Both the position numbers and the translations under genes were made by a program. Shown here in pieces: positions 1 to 9,831 of a stretch of DNA of 64,000 bases. The notes beneath the pieces were generated by a model that saw only the letters and a list, made by a program, of their open reading frames with translations, did no database searches and was not told where the DNA came from. The stretch is taken from the NCBI GenBank assembly GCA_965238005.1, contig OZ250165.1:416001-480000 (forward strand). Reading direction: 5' to 3'. The DNA is from Longimicrobiales bacterium (GTDB taxonomy: Bacteria; Gemmatimonadota; Gemmatimonadetes; Longimicrobiales; Gaopeijiaceae). Within the stretch, counting starts at the first letter, position 1, and each line of letters starts with the position of its first letter.

Positions 1-210
1 TGACAGCCCGCATGACGACTCCCCCGTATGCTGACGGTACCACCTCTAGCGCCCTGCCGTCCACCCTCCTGACTGCCCAATCGCCCACCGAGTACTTCCT
101 CCGCAAGCAGCTTTAGCTCTCTCATTTCGCTACCTTTCCCGAGACGCTGGGGTAGCCCCGAAGGGAAACCGGGGCTTGACAGCAAGATCGGGCTGGGACC
201 TCTTTCTATG

Positions 211-244
211 AATTCTCTTGTCAATAGCTATTGACAAGAGAATT
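211..244. promoter_or_regulatory. Perfect 34-bp palindrome containing TTGACA on both strands; candidate operator/promoter
   Basis: AATTCTCTTGTCAATAG|CTATTGACAAGAGAATT, no spacer, about 40 bp upstream of the ATG at 287. Confidence 0.6.
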
Positions 245-286
245 TCGGGTGACCTCCGAGACGGTCCCCTCCCACAGGAGAAGCCC

Positions 287-592
287 ATGACGATTCAGGT
301 GGTTTTTTTCGAGAGAAGTCCCAGCGAATGGGTTGCTCAATGCCTCCAGTACGATATCGGAGCGCAAGCCGACAACCTGCTAGAATTGGTCTACGAACTG
401 CAACGCTCACTCGTGGGCCACGTCGTCATTTCCATCGAAAACGGGCTGCAGCCATTCGAGAGCCTGCCTCCAGCCCCGGCCGAGTATTGGGACAAGTGGA
501 GGCACGGCATGGGGATTGATCCAGACCCCCCTCTATTCCGTCTGCCTGAGTCCGCGCCAAGCTTTATTCCGAGTTTTCGAGTCACGGCGTAA
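287..592 (+). CDS. HicB-like antitoxin-fold protein
   Basis: AGGAG RBS at 276-280; 'VVFFERSPSEWVAQCLQYDIGAQADNLLEL' resembles the HicB N-terminal fold. Confidence 0.55.
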   Translation: MTIQVVFFERSPSEWVAQCLQYDIGAQADNLLELVYELQRSLVGHVVISIENGLQPFESLPPAPAEYWDKWRHGMGIDPDPPLFRLPESAPSFIPSFRVTA

Positions 593-601
593 AATAGGTA
601 G

Positions 602-883
602 ATGGCCTACCCCTTCGCGAGGGCGCCGACCACCGGCGATGTCATCGGTCGACTGATCGGACTGGGTGCCGAACTCCGAGAACTCGCTCCCGTCATGGGG
701 CCCAAGGGCTTGGTCGTCATCCGATACCTAGCACTGAGCACGGGCAATGGCACGATCCTCTTTTCTGAGCCCCTCGCGGAGAACGATGACGAGCGCGTGG
801 GGTGGGATAAGCTGCGTAGGATTTGCCAGCAGCTGAAGGTGGACCTAGTGGATCTGGAAATTCCTGGACTTCACCTGGGGTGA
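602..883 (+). CDS. Small protein, possibly a divergent HicA-like toxin
   Basis: 93 aa, 9 bp after the HicB-like gene; C-terminal 'KLRRICQQLKVD' helix as in HicA proteins. Confidence 0.4.
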   Translation: MAYPFARAPTTGDVIGRLIGLGAELRELAPVMGPKGLVVIRYLALSTGNGTILFSEPLAENDDERVGWDKLRRICQQLKVDLVDLEIPGLHLG

Positions 884-920
884 CGGGTAGGGGACAGAGC
901 CTCCGCCCCCCCCATGGAGG

Positions 921-1859
921 TTATTCGGCGATCAGGTCCCGGTACATGAGCCGACGCCCGACCATCCCGGCTGCGACGTGCTGCATCTGAGCCATCGTGT
1001 CCATCTCGCGGATGTTGTGACGGCCCGCGAACTCCGCCACGTAGCGTTGCAGGTGCTTGGGGCTCAGCTTGTGGTAGACGCCCTTGTGAGCCCGCTTGAG
1101 CATGCTCCAGAAGCTTTCCACGCCGTTGGTGTGCGCCATCCCCCGTACGTACTCCCCGACGCTGTGCTTGACCGTCTCGCGGTTCTCTAGGCCGTCGTAG
1201 GCCTTCGCCTCGTCCGTGTAGACCTTCACCCCGTCCGCCGTGTGCTCCTTGACGAATCCCTGTAGCGTCTCCTTGTCCGTCGCCTCGACCACGCGGGCCG
1301 CTACCCGCTTCGTCGTCCGGTCCTTCACGCCCACCACCGCCGTCTTGCCCACCGGACCCCGACCGGGAGCCCGCTTGTGCTTCGGCATGTTGCGCTGGCG
1401 ACCGCCTACGTAGGTCTCGTCTACTTCCACCGGACCCTCGAACGTCATCGCCACACCCGCGAACGCCTCCCGAATCCGGTGAAGCATGAACCATGCGGTG
1501 GGCTGGCTGACGCCCAGGTCCCGATGAATCTTCATGCTCGACACGCCCTTGAGGCTGGTCATCTCCAGATAGATCGCCCAACCCCAGACACGGAGCGGAA
1601 GCGGGCTGTCCTCCATCGCCGTCCCGGTCTTGAGGCTGAAGTACCGCTTGCAATCCCGGCAACGGTAGGGCTGAGGCTTTCCGCTCTTCACACGGTAGGC
1701 CCCGTCCGCGCTCCCGCACCGCAGACACGCCATCTCGCCGGTCGGCCAATGCAGGTTCTCGAACCACCGGATCGCCTTCTCGTCCGTGGCGAACATCTCC
1801 GCCATCTCCATGACAGTGATCCCCTCGCGGTAGCTCTTTCCGGGCGCCTTCCGAATCAT
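921..1859 (-). CDS. IS1595-family (ISXO2-like) DDE transposase
   Basis: Zn ribbon CLRC..CRDC, 'VEVDETYVGG', 'VYTDE', 'HTNGVESFW', 'KHLQRYVAEF'; AGGAGG RBS. Confidence 0.95.
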   Translation of the reverse strand: MIRKAPGKSYREGITVMEMAEMFATDEKAIRWFENLHWPTGEMACLRCGSADGAYRVKSGKPQPYRCRDCKRYFSLKTGTAMEDSPLPLRVWGWAIYLEMTSLKGVSSMKIHRDLGVSQPTAWFMLHRIREAFAGVAMTFEGPVEVDETYVGGRQRNMPKHKRAPGRGPVGKTAVVGVKDRTTKRVAARVVEATDKETLQGFVKEHTADGVKVYTDEAKAYDGLENRETVKHSVGEYVRGMAHTNGVESFWSMLKRAHKGVYHKLSPKHLQRYVAEFAGRHNIREMDTMAQMQHVAAGMVGRRLMYRDLIAE

Positions 1860-1895
1860 GTAACCTCCTATCGGGCCGTGTCTTATCGTACATTG

Positions 1896-1924
1896 AAGTT
1901 ACCATGATCTTGTGCGCCTGTCAA
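1896..1924 (-). promoter_or_regulatory. Sigma70-type promoter of the IS1595 transposase
   Basis: Minus strand TTGACA-17 bp-TAACTT with an extended -10 TG. Confidence 0.6.
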
Positions 1925-1943
1925 GTCAGCTTTATAATCCCCC

Positions 1944-2567
1944 ATGGAAGCCACCGAAGGTAAGGAAGAGGCGCACCCGAGCGCACTACCGCACCCGAGC
2001 GCACTACCGCACCCGAGCGCACTACCGGACCCGAGCGCACTGCCGGACCCGAGCGCACTGCCGGACCCGAGCGCACTACCGGACCCGAGCGCACTGCCGC
2101 ACCCGACCGCACGACCGCGCCCGGCCGAGGAGCCCGATCCCCTGGACGGATTCATACATCTCGACGAGAACCTCAGCTTCACGTACCTCAACCCCACGGT
2201 GCTGCAGTGGCTGCAGGAGCGCGGTCACGACGGTGGAGCGCTGGTAGGGAAAGGGCTCGTGGAGTCCCTGAAGAACGTGGACGACACCTCCATCGTGGCC
2301 GAGATCCGGAAGGCGGCCCGGGGTGGGGGGCCGGCACGCATCCGGCGTCAGATCGAACAAGACGGGCCCTGGCTCGACGTCTACATCAATCCCGTGGAGA
2401 ACGGCGTGTCGGTCACGGTGCAGCACAAGGCGCGCCACCACGAGCAGGAGGCCGAGCGCTCGCTCCTGGAGTCCGAGACCCGCTTCCGGTCCGTAGTGGA
2501 GTCGCTGGGGGAGGGGCTGATCATCACCGACCTCGAAGACCGCATCGTCTACGTGAATCCACGCATT
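1944..2567 (+). pseudogene. PAS-domain sensor protein, 3'-truncated
   Basis: Two PAS starts ('DGFIHLDENLSFTYLNP', 'ESETRFRSVVESLGEGLIITDLEDRIVYVNP'), then runs into IS481 DNA. Confidence 0.75.
1974..2106 (+). repeat. 18-bp tandem repeat x7, encoding (H/D)PSALP
   Basis: (C/G)ACCCGAGCGCACT(A/G)CCG units from 1974 to 2099 plus a partial unit. Confidence 0.95.
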
Positions 2568-2569
2568 GA

Positions 2570-2960
2570 TCACCGAGCTCACAGGGCATCGTTGACACAA
2601 TGGTGCCAGCTGATGGTTAACAGATTGGGTTACGTCCTGTGTTACCGTGGGTGTCGCAAATGACGAAGAGTTCTTCGTCAAACCACCCGAGGGTAGTGGG
2701 TCCGAAGTAGACCTGCCACAGAGCGGGACCGATGGGTTCGAGCCCGATGAAGTCGTTGCCCAGAGCTGAGCTGACGTTGATCCAACGGGAGTGCCAGCGG
2801 ATCCCTCCGTTCGTAGAAACCTTTCGGACCTCGAAGTGCTCGGGGTACTCGAGCGGAGGAAGGGTCTCAGGGTAGGCTTTAGAGGCAGATCGGTAGACGG
2901 AGTCGGGAGTCGCATCGTCGAGAGCCTCGTGCGGCCGGATGTGATTGAAGATGTGGAGGA
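2570..2960 (-). mobile_element. IS481-family remnant (transposase C-terminus and end)
   Basis: 'FNHIRPHEALDDATP..RKVSTNGGIRWHSRWINVSSAL..VYFGP'; cut by IS3 at 2961. Confidence 0.8.
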
Positions 2961-3018
2961 TGGAGTTGACCCGCTTTGGTGGACACCTCAGTAGTGAGGG
3001 AGACAGGAGGAGTCCACG

Positions 3019-3333
3019 ATGCCAAGAACACATGCGCCGTACCCGCCGGAGTTTCGGCGGCAGATGGTCGAGTTGGTCAGGTCGGGCCGCTCCGTGGAGG
3101 AGCTGGCCCGGGAGTTCGAGCCCTCAAACGGGGCGATACGGAACTGGGTCAAACAAGCTGACTTGGATGAAGGCCGTCGCAGTGACGGGCTGACGACGGA
3201 GGAGCGTGGGGAACTCAGGCAGCTTCGGCGTGACAACAAGCGTCTGCGCATGGAGCAGGAGATTCTAAAAAAAGCCGCCGCCTGGTTTGCTCGGGAGAGC
3301 AACTCGATCCCGGAACGGGGTTCGAGTTCATGA
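3019..3333 (+). CDS. IS3 transposase OrfA
   Basis: 'YPPEFRRQMVELV', HTH, 'EILKKAAAWFA'. Confidence 0.92.
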   Translation: MPRTHAPYPPEFRRQMVELVRSGRSVEELAREFEPSNGAIRNWVKQADLDEGRRSDGLTTEERGELRQLRRDNKRLRMEQEILKKAAAWFARESNSIPERGSSS

Positions 3334-4181
3334 AGACGAATCAGGCCGACTTCCCTGTGCGGGCGATGTGCCGTGTGCTGGATCTCTCCCCCAGCGGCTA
3401 CTACGCCTGGTTGGATCGCGAGCCTTCGGCTCGGGCGAAGCGAGATGAGGAGCTCACAGAGCGGATCGAGACGGTCTGGCGCGAGAACCGAAGGGTCTAT
3501 GGCCGGCCCCGCATCTACGCGGACCTCAAGGAAGCTGGCGAGCGGGTCGGTGAGAAGCGGGTGGGCCGGCTCATGAAGCAGGCCGAGATTGTGGGAGCTA
3601 GCCGGAGGCGGCGCGGCCCGAAGACGACCAGGCGCAACGAGGACGCCCGTCCCGCGCCGGATCTCATCGAGCGGGACTTCAGCGCAGACGGGCCAGACCA
3701 GTTGTGGGTGGCCGACATCACCTACATCCCGACCTGGGCGGGGTTCTTGTACCTCGCGGTTGTGCTCGACGTCTGGAGCAGGCGGGTGGTCGGGTGGTCG
3801 ATGGCTACGCACCTGCGCACCGAGCTCGTCCTGGACGCGCTGAACATGGCGACCTGGCAGCGCCGGCCCGAATGCGTCATCCATCACAGTGATCAGGGAA
3901 CCCAGTACACCTCGATCGCCTTCGGCCTACGCTGCAACGATGTCGGTGTGCGGCCCTCGATGGGCTCCGTGGGCGACGCCTACGACAACGCGATGTGCGA
4001 GAGCTTCTTCGCGACGCTCGAGTGCGAGCTACTCGACCGGCAGCGCTTCCGGACCCAGGCCGAGGCGAAGATGGCCGTGTTCGACTTCATCGAGGGCTTC
4101 TACAACCCCCGGAGGCGACACTCGGCACTGGGTCAGCTGTCGCCCATCAACTTCGAGCGTCGCCACGGAGCGGCAGCATGA
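3330..4181 (+). CDS. IS3 transposase OrfB (DDE)
   Basis: 'WVADITY', 'HHSDQGTQY', 'DNAMCESFF', 'YNPRRRHSALG'. Confidence 0.95.
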   Translation: MKTNQADFPVRAMCRVLDLSPSGYYAWLDREPSARAKRDEELTERIETVWRENRRVYGRPRIYADLKEAGERVGEKRVGRLMKQAEIVGASRRRRGPKTTRRNEDARPAPDLIERDFSADGPDQLWVADITYIPTWAGFLYLAVVLDVWSRRVVGWSMATHLRTELVLDALNMATWQRRPECVIHHSDQGTQYTSIAFGLRCNDVGVRPSMGSVGDAYDNAMCESFFATLECELLDRQRFRTQAEAKMAVFDFIEGFYNPRRRHSALGQLSPINFERRHGAAA

Positions 4182-4305
4182 GAAACCTGCGTGGCCAAGT
4201 TGCCCTTTACTCCCCCGCTGCGCGGGGGAAGCTTTCCTCTCCCCAGCGAGGGGGACAGACTATAAACCTCAGTGTTCACCCGTCCACTGAAACGGGACAG
4301 CTCCA

Positions 4306-5513
4306 CTCAACAGCTTCAGCGTCTACGGGATCCTCGGATTGGCTGTGTCGACCGTCACACGGTGACTCCGGCGACCTCCGAGTTAGACGTCGGAGCGTCC
4401 GTTCAGCTGAGCACCACGATCCAGTCCAGTTCCGGCACGACCCTCCAGAGGACCGCAACCTGGAGTAGCTCGGACGAAGGTGTCGCAACGGTGGATGCGA
4501 GCGGGAATGTCACCGGCGTGGGGGAGGGCCAAGCAACCATCACCGCAACCAGCGAGGGAGTCTCCGGCACGGCCACGGTTACGGTGACCGTTCCGGTAGC
4601 TTCGGTAGACGTCGATCCAGGAGAATCCACGCTGCTGACGGGTCAGTCGGTCCAACTCACGGCCACCCCCCGGGCATCCGATGGAACGGCTCTGGATCGG
4701 CCTGTCACTTGGGGCTCCTCGGACGAAGCAGTCGCGACGGTCGATTCGAACGGCCTCGTTACAGCACAAGGTGTCGGCACAGCCACCGTCACGGCCACGA
4801 GTGAGGGCACGTCCGGCACCGCCTCCGTTACCGTGACCACCGACCCGGTTGGCACTGTCGTGGTTACGGGCGGAGTGCTTGGGCTGATCGCGGGGAACAC
4901 CAATGCGCTCGGTGTCACGGCCACAACTGTCGGCGGATCCGTCGTTAACAACCCTACGGTGATCTGGTCCACCTCCGATGAAGCTATCGCAACGGTGGAC
5001 GGCAACGGCCTCGTAACCGGGGTCACGCCTGGGCAGGTAACCATCACCGCCACCGTTGACGGCGTGGCTGGCACCACAGACATCACCATCACGATTGATT
5101 GGACCCAGTTCGCCGGCACCTGGGTCGGCAGTTGGCTCAACACCACCTTCGGTTCCACTGACGCCATCAGTTGGGTGTTCACGGTGGACGTGGATAACCT
5201 GACCATGACCCTCGTGGTGGATATGGATGGACCGGTCTTCGGCCTAAGCAACCCTGTTGCCATCGCAGCTGAGGGCACGCTGGGAGCAACGACGTTCAGC
5301 GCCTCGGCCAACGCCCCCCTGCACGGGCCGGTGACCTTCAACGGCTCTCCGGACAACATCACGTTCCAGAGCACCAGCGTGCCTGCTGTCGGCATCGATG
5401 CCTGGACCTCATCGGGAGCCATCGCAAACGATCAGTACACCGGCACCTTCACCATCACTTTCACGGGCGGTGGAGGGGCCGCGGGTACGTCGCAACTCAC
5501 AAAACAGCCGTAG
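4306..5513 (+). pseudogene. Bacterial Ig-like (Big_2) repeat surface protein, 5'-truncated by IS3
   Basis: Three 'W.SSDE.VATVD.NG.VT....G.ATITAT' repeats; no native start. Confidence 0.8.
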
Positions 5514-5529
5514 CCACACTTCTCAGCCC

Positions 5530-5820
5530 GAGCGAAGTCCTGGGATGAAGTGGGGCAGGGCTGCCCCAGTGTTGGTGATGGTGGGGTTGGGAGTGAGGAA
5601 GGGACGGGACCGCGCAGGATGGGGAAGACGATAGATGATGCGCTGGCCTCCAGGGCGCACCGTACCCGGTGGCCTCGAGCCGTTCGAGGGCGAAGGGAGG
5701 ACGGGCGCAGTAACGCAAGAGTCGTTCGAGCCCAGCACGATCACGGGCCGGGATATGGAGGGTGTCACGAGCGGTGCGGATGCCGTAGCGGGGCGAGAGC
5801 CTGAAGCTCACCTCGGTAGG
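5530..5820 (-). mobile_element. IS91-family (Y2) transposase remnant
   Basis: 'RDRAGLERLLRYCARPPFALERL..IIYRLP'. Confidence 0.75.
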
Positions 5821-5923
5821 TGACATGAGCGTGTCGGCGTACTCACAGCGGACTGTCAGGCGCGGAGTGCGAGTCGCCTTCTCTGTTGAACCGAAGTTAC
5901 CCCACGTGCATATGCCCATGCGC

Positions 5924-6256
5924 TCAAACTATGGGTGATGCTGAGGTTGGGCGATGGCTGGATCGGACTGATGCGTGGCCCCCAGAAGATATGAACGGGC
6001 TGGCCCAGCCTGATCGGATTATCGTGGCTTTACCGTGATCCAATCGGGTAACGCGCCAGAGTTCATAGCCGAGCATCACCCAACCCACACCGAACAACGT
6101 CATGAGCAGCAATGGCATCCATCTGGGAGACTCGATCATCCATCCAGTTAGCAGCAGTACGATAATGAGGGGAATGCCATTCCAGTGGCGCAAAGCCCGG
6201 TCCTCGAAGCGGATCAGCTTGTTCGAGGACATCTCAAACTGAGGTCCTGACAGCAC
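5924..6256 (-). pseudogene. Membrane protein fragment, paralogous to 6306-6664
   Basis: 'ALRHWNGIPL..LFGVGWVMLGYELW'. Confidence 0.45.
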
Positions 6257-6305
6257 TCAGCAGTTCTGGACGACGATGTCCTGAACTTCGGCGACAATGG
6301 CGTGT

Positions 6306-6664
6306 TCAAGCCTGGGGCGTCTCCGTGGTCCCTCCGGCAGGGACACCTTCGGCGGACCAGACGGCGTAGCCCAGTAGGAGCCATGCCACGCCGAAGAGGC
6401 CGGCCCCGATGGCTAGAACCCAGTCGCTTAGGTAAATGAAAACCGCCCCCGCCACTGGGATCAGCCCGATCAACAGCGGCAATCGGTTCCAACGAGGAAG
6501 GGCCTGCGACCAGAGATTCGGAACAGCAAACGCGATCCACCCTGCGAACGCCATGATGTAGCCAATGGCCAGCAGTCTCCACGCCAATTGCCTTGGCCCG
6601 CTAGTGACGGTGCCGGAAATATGGCAGCGACCACAGCGCCGACTGCGAAAAGCTTTAGGCCCAT
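6306..6664 (-). pseudogene. Membrane protein, probably frameshifted near 6590
   Basis: Overlapping hydrophobic ORFs 6470-6664 and 6306-6587; 'ALPRWNRLPL..LFGVAWLLLGYAVW'. Confidence 0.45.
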
Positions 6665-6678
6665 GCGCGCACGCCGCC

Positions 6679-7068
6679 TTACCGGGTCAGGACCATGATG
6701 ATCCCGCCCGGGTGCCCCGACCCGTACCGCATCTCTGCCTCAGATCGATCGAGGAACTGCATCTGATGGACCGTGGTGGAGATGATCCTCCGCAGGTGTT
6801 CGAGCCCCAGTCCGAACCACAGTTCGTCCACGTAGACCCTGGGCAGGCTCGCGTTCGGATCTGTCGGCCTGACCGTTCCGCGGGCCCGGAGCCAGAGCGG
6901 CCGTAAAATCTGCACCATCTCGTACGCATCACGAAGATTGTCCACCCGCCTGATCTCCTCGGAGGTGATCAGGTTCCGCGCCCCGCCGCCTCCCCTACTC
7001 CCCGCACCGCCGCTGGCGCAGGCGGTGAGGCCGGTGTTCAGAGCCAGGGCCAGGATGAGATACCGCAT
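6679..7068 (-). CDS. Small lipoprotein, TonB-plug-like stand-alone domain
   Basis: Lipobox 'LTAC'; '[40 protein letters not shown]'. Confidence 0.75.
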   Translation of the reverse strand: MRYLILALALNTGLTACASGGAGSRGGGGARNLITSEEIRRVDNLRDAYEMVQILRPLWLRARGTVRPTDPNASLPRVYVDELWFGLGLEHLRRIISTTVHQMQFLDRSEAEMRYGSGHPGGIIMVLTR

Positions 7069-7084
7069 GATGTTCCCCTCCGGT

Positions 7085-7544
7085 GTCGAGTGGCTCTCCC
7101 TGCTCGCTCAACAGGATGTTGCCCGGCTTGATGTCGCGGTGGACGACGCCGTGCCCGTACGCGTAGTCGAGCGCGTTGGCAACTTTCTGTGTGATCGCTA
7201 GAGTCTTGCACGGCAAGCTGCTTCTCGGGGTCGATGCGCTGCCTGAGCGACTCCCCCTCCACGTAGGGCATCACGTAGTAGAGGAAGCCGTCAGAATCCC
7301 CGGAATCGTGGAGCGGCAATATGTGCGGATGTTGCAGATTCGCGGTCGTCTTGATCTCGGCCACGAAGCGCTCGGCACCCACCACCGCAGCCAACTCGGG
7401 CTTGAGGACCTTCAGCGCGACCTTGCGCTCGTGCTTGAGGTCGTCGCCAAGGTAGACTGTCGCCATCCCGCCCTCGCCTAGCTCACGCTCGATAGCGTAG
7501 CGGCCCTCTAGGGCTGCGTTCAGGCGGACAACTGGATCGGACAT
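7085..7544 (-). pseudogene. Hanks-type Ser/Thr kinase, frameshifted and truncated
   Basis: 'ELGEGGMATVY', 'VALKVL'; '[11 protein letters not shown]' lies in another frame after about 7210; no DFG. Confidence 0.88.
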
Positions 7545-7864
7545 CTGGATGTCCTCGGCTACGGCAGATCAGACCTGAGCAAGATCCTATGGGGGGGCCG
7601 GTAGGCGCAAGCAGAACCGTGTCAGGCGCCTGTATTCGCGTTCTGGAGCGTCTTCGGGGTGTATTCGGTATTTGGGTCCGGCTGGAGCGTGCTCGTGGCT
7701 TAGAGGGCCGTTAACGGCTCGCTCGCCACGGAGGAGGGTCACGCTCCAAACTCAATCACCTAGTCCGTGTTGCACTTCAAAGTTGATGCTGAGCCGCTCA
7801 ACGCCCGGGCGTGCTTTGCCGTCCAACGACTCTGCCCATCAGCTGCGGCGTGATCACTTCCCAG

Positions 7865-9139
7865 CTACGAGATCGAGATCGTGAGGATGAGCTTGCCAGC
7901 TTCACAATACAATGGCTTTTGCAAGCCCTCTCGATTACGCATCTCGGCGGCCTTCTGACGGTAGTGATCGGCTCTGACGTGATTTAATTCGGTCGCTATC
8001 CTGGCAGCGTTACGGTAGGCCTCCTCTGCCGCTTCGTAGCGGCCGCCTCGCTCAAGCGCGTCCGCAAGCCGCTCGTACCCGAACACGCGTTCAGGATATA
8101 GCTCCGTGCTGATGCGGTGCAGTTCGGCCGCACCATCGAAGTCACCCTGATCAGCCAGCTCACTGCCCATCACGGCGAGATCGATCTCCGGAAGTTTCGC
8201 AGACGGACCGTACTTAGCCTGGATCCGCTCTAAGTGGGCTCTAATGGCCGTCGGATCCGGGGATTCCCGAAGAGCCTCCGTTAACGCGATGTCGCGGAAA
8301 AGCCAACGCAATCCCCGAAACCAGCTCAACAGAACCGTGGACTCATGTTCCTCACCAGGGCCGACGTCGTGCGTCCAGCGAAGGGTTGAAGGCGCCAGCG
8401 CTTCGAGTAAGTGAACGAACCTCTGCAGTTCCATACGCATCCCGTACCCGTCGTTGCCACCGATCGTGAGGTACAAGGAGCCGTTGAATGCTGTATCCGG
8501 CGAGAGCGCCTCTGTCGCCTTTCTAAGGGTAACCTCGTCGTCGTACCACAGCGCGGGGGCGATCGCCAGATAGTTGTCGAACGCGTCGGGTTGTTCCAGC
8601 ACAGCGTTGATGGTGAAGAGGCCGCCTAGAGAATGGCCCACCAACGTCCGATGATCGTGCACCCGGTGGCGAGCTGCCACGAACGGATGCACTTCGTTCA
8701 GAATGAATTCAAGGAGCCGAGGCGCCCCGCCACTCGTGGGATTCTCACTGACATGAGTCGGAGTCATGTCTCCCATTCGGTCTTCATTAACGATGCCCAC
8801 GAATATTGCGCCTGGCATATGTGCGGTGAACTGCTGGAAAGCGACGATCCCTGCCTTGGTAAGCGTGTGCCCTGAACCGTCTGTGGTGTAGACGATGGGG
8901 TACGCATAGTCCGTGTCAGCGTAGTCGGGAGGGGTCACAACGATGATCCGCCTCTCCGTGCCGAAGACACTCGAGGACAAGGTGAACTCTGTCCCTATCT
9001 CCACCGGCCGCGATGACTGGAGGGGGCTCTGAGCTCTAGCGTGGGAGGCCGGGATGACTGACGTCAGTAGAACCGCTGATAAGATGCTGGCAGTCCGATG
9101 GTGTGCTATCAAAATGTCCTCCTTACTGATGTATACCAC
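7865..9139 (-). CDS. Secreted alpha/beta hydrolase (IroE/Fes-like esterase) with C-terminal TPR
   Basis: Signal peptide, 'GHSLGGLF' nucleophile, 'EEHEST', TPR-like helices. Confidence 0.85.
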   Translation of the reverse strand: MVYISKEDILIAHHRTASILSAVLLTSVIPASHARAQSPLQSSRPVEIGTEFTLSSSVFGTERRIIVVTPPDYADTDYAYPIVYTTDGSGHTLTKAGIVAFQQFTAHMPGAIFVGIVNEDRMGDMTPTHVSENPTSGGAPRLLEFILNEVHPFVAARHRVHDHRTLVGHSLGGLFTINAVLEQPDAFDNYLAIAPALWYDDEVTLRKATEALSPDTAFNGSLYLTIGGNDGYGMRMELQRFVHLLEALAPSTLRWTHDVGPGEEHESTVLLSWFRGLRWLFRDIALTEALRESPDPTAIRAHLERIQAKYGPSAKLPEIDLAVMGSELADQGDFDGAAELHRISTELYPERVFGYERLADALERGGRYEAAEEAYRNAARIATELNHVRADHYRQKAAEMRNREGLQKPLYCEAGKLILTISIS

Positions 9140-9587
9140 TGAGACGCAATCTGAGGGAAGTCAGTTGCCCGACGACGTCAAGGCTCGACGAACGGCAGAG
9201 ATGGAACGGCAGATGACGCGGGTCGCTGCCGCCGCTCTCGGTCGCCAGAAGCTGCCCAGTCTTGCCCAGGCGGGAGGCCGCTGACTCCGACTCCTCGAAG
9301 CAGTTCCGAGAGGAGCCGCTGCCAGCGTCCTGGGTTCTCCTACTCATCCCTCTCCATCTCCTCTCTCCACGTTTATCTCACGGCGCGTTCACCAGGCAGG
9401 GGATTCGCTTGCTCCTAGTCCAGAGCCAGCAGTAGAATCAGCAGCAGGTGGAAGGTAGCAACTCACCAGCCGCCCCCCTCCCGGTGGCGGAAGTGTGACG
9501 CCTCGCCGGGCGCCCGGTCGCACGCTACTTGGAAGAAACGCGGCACCAGGATGGCTCAAGGCGGCTGTGTGCTGGGCGATGGAGGTC

Positions 9588-9810
9588 ATGTTGCCGGACC
9601 AAGAACGAACCGATGAGGAACTGACGCCGCCAGAGACCTCGGGTGGTGATCATGCACACGCGGTGACGCGTGCCGGGCTATCCAGCATTCCTCTTGTAGG
9701 TGGGGCGGCGGCAGAGCTCTTCTCAGCCCTCGTGACACCGCCTCTAGAGGCCCGTCTTGAGGGGTGGAGGGAGACGGTTGGCGAAGCGCTCCAGACCATC
9801 GATGAGCCGA
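9588..9810 (+). pseudogene. N-terminal fragment of a hypothetical protein
   Basis: GGAGG RBS; 'RAGLSSIPLVGGAAAELF'; ends abruptly. Confidence 0.4.
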
Positions 9811-9831
9811 GAGCCCCGGACCTCTGATGCG

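Larger units (their letters stand above)
919..1940 (-). mobile_element. IS1595-family insertion sequence
   Basis: Contains the transposase; ends GGATTAT / GGTTAT; flanked by direct repeat CCCATGGA (911-918, 1941-1948). Confidence 0.7.
2961..4305 (+). mobile_element. IS3-family insertion sequence, apparently intact
   Basis: IRs TGGAGTTGACCCGCTTTGGTGGAC and revcomp TGGAGCTGTCCCGTTTCAGTGGAC; A7G -1 frameshift motif at 3267-3274; no target duplication. Confidence 0.92.

Noticed and set aside
1974..2106. Possible CRISPR array
   Set aside because: 18-bp units abut with no unique spacers, are in-frame coding, and no cas genes are present
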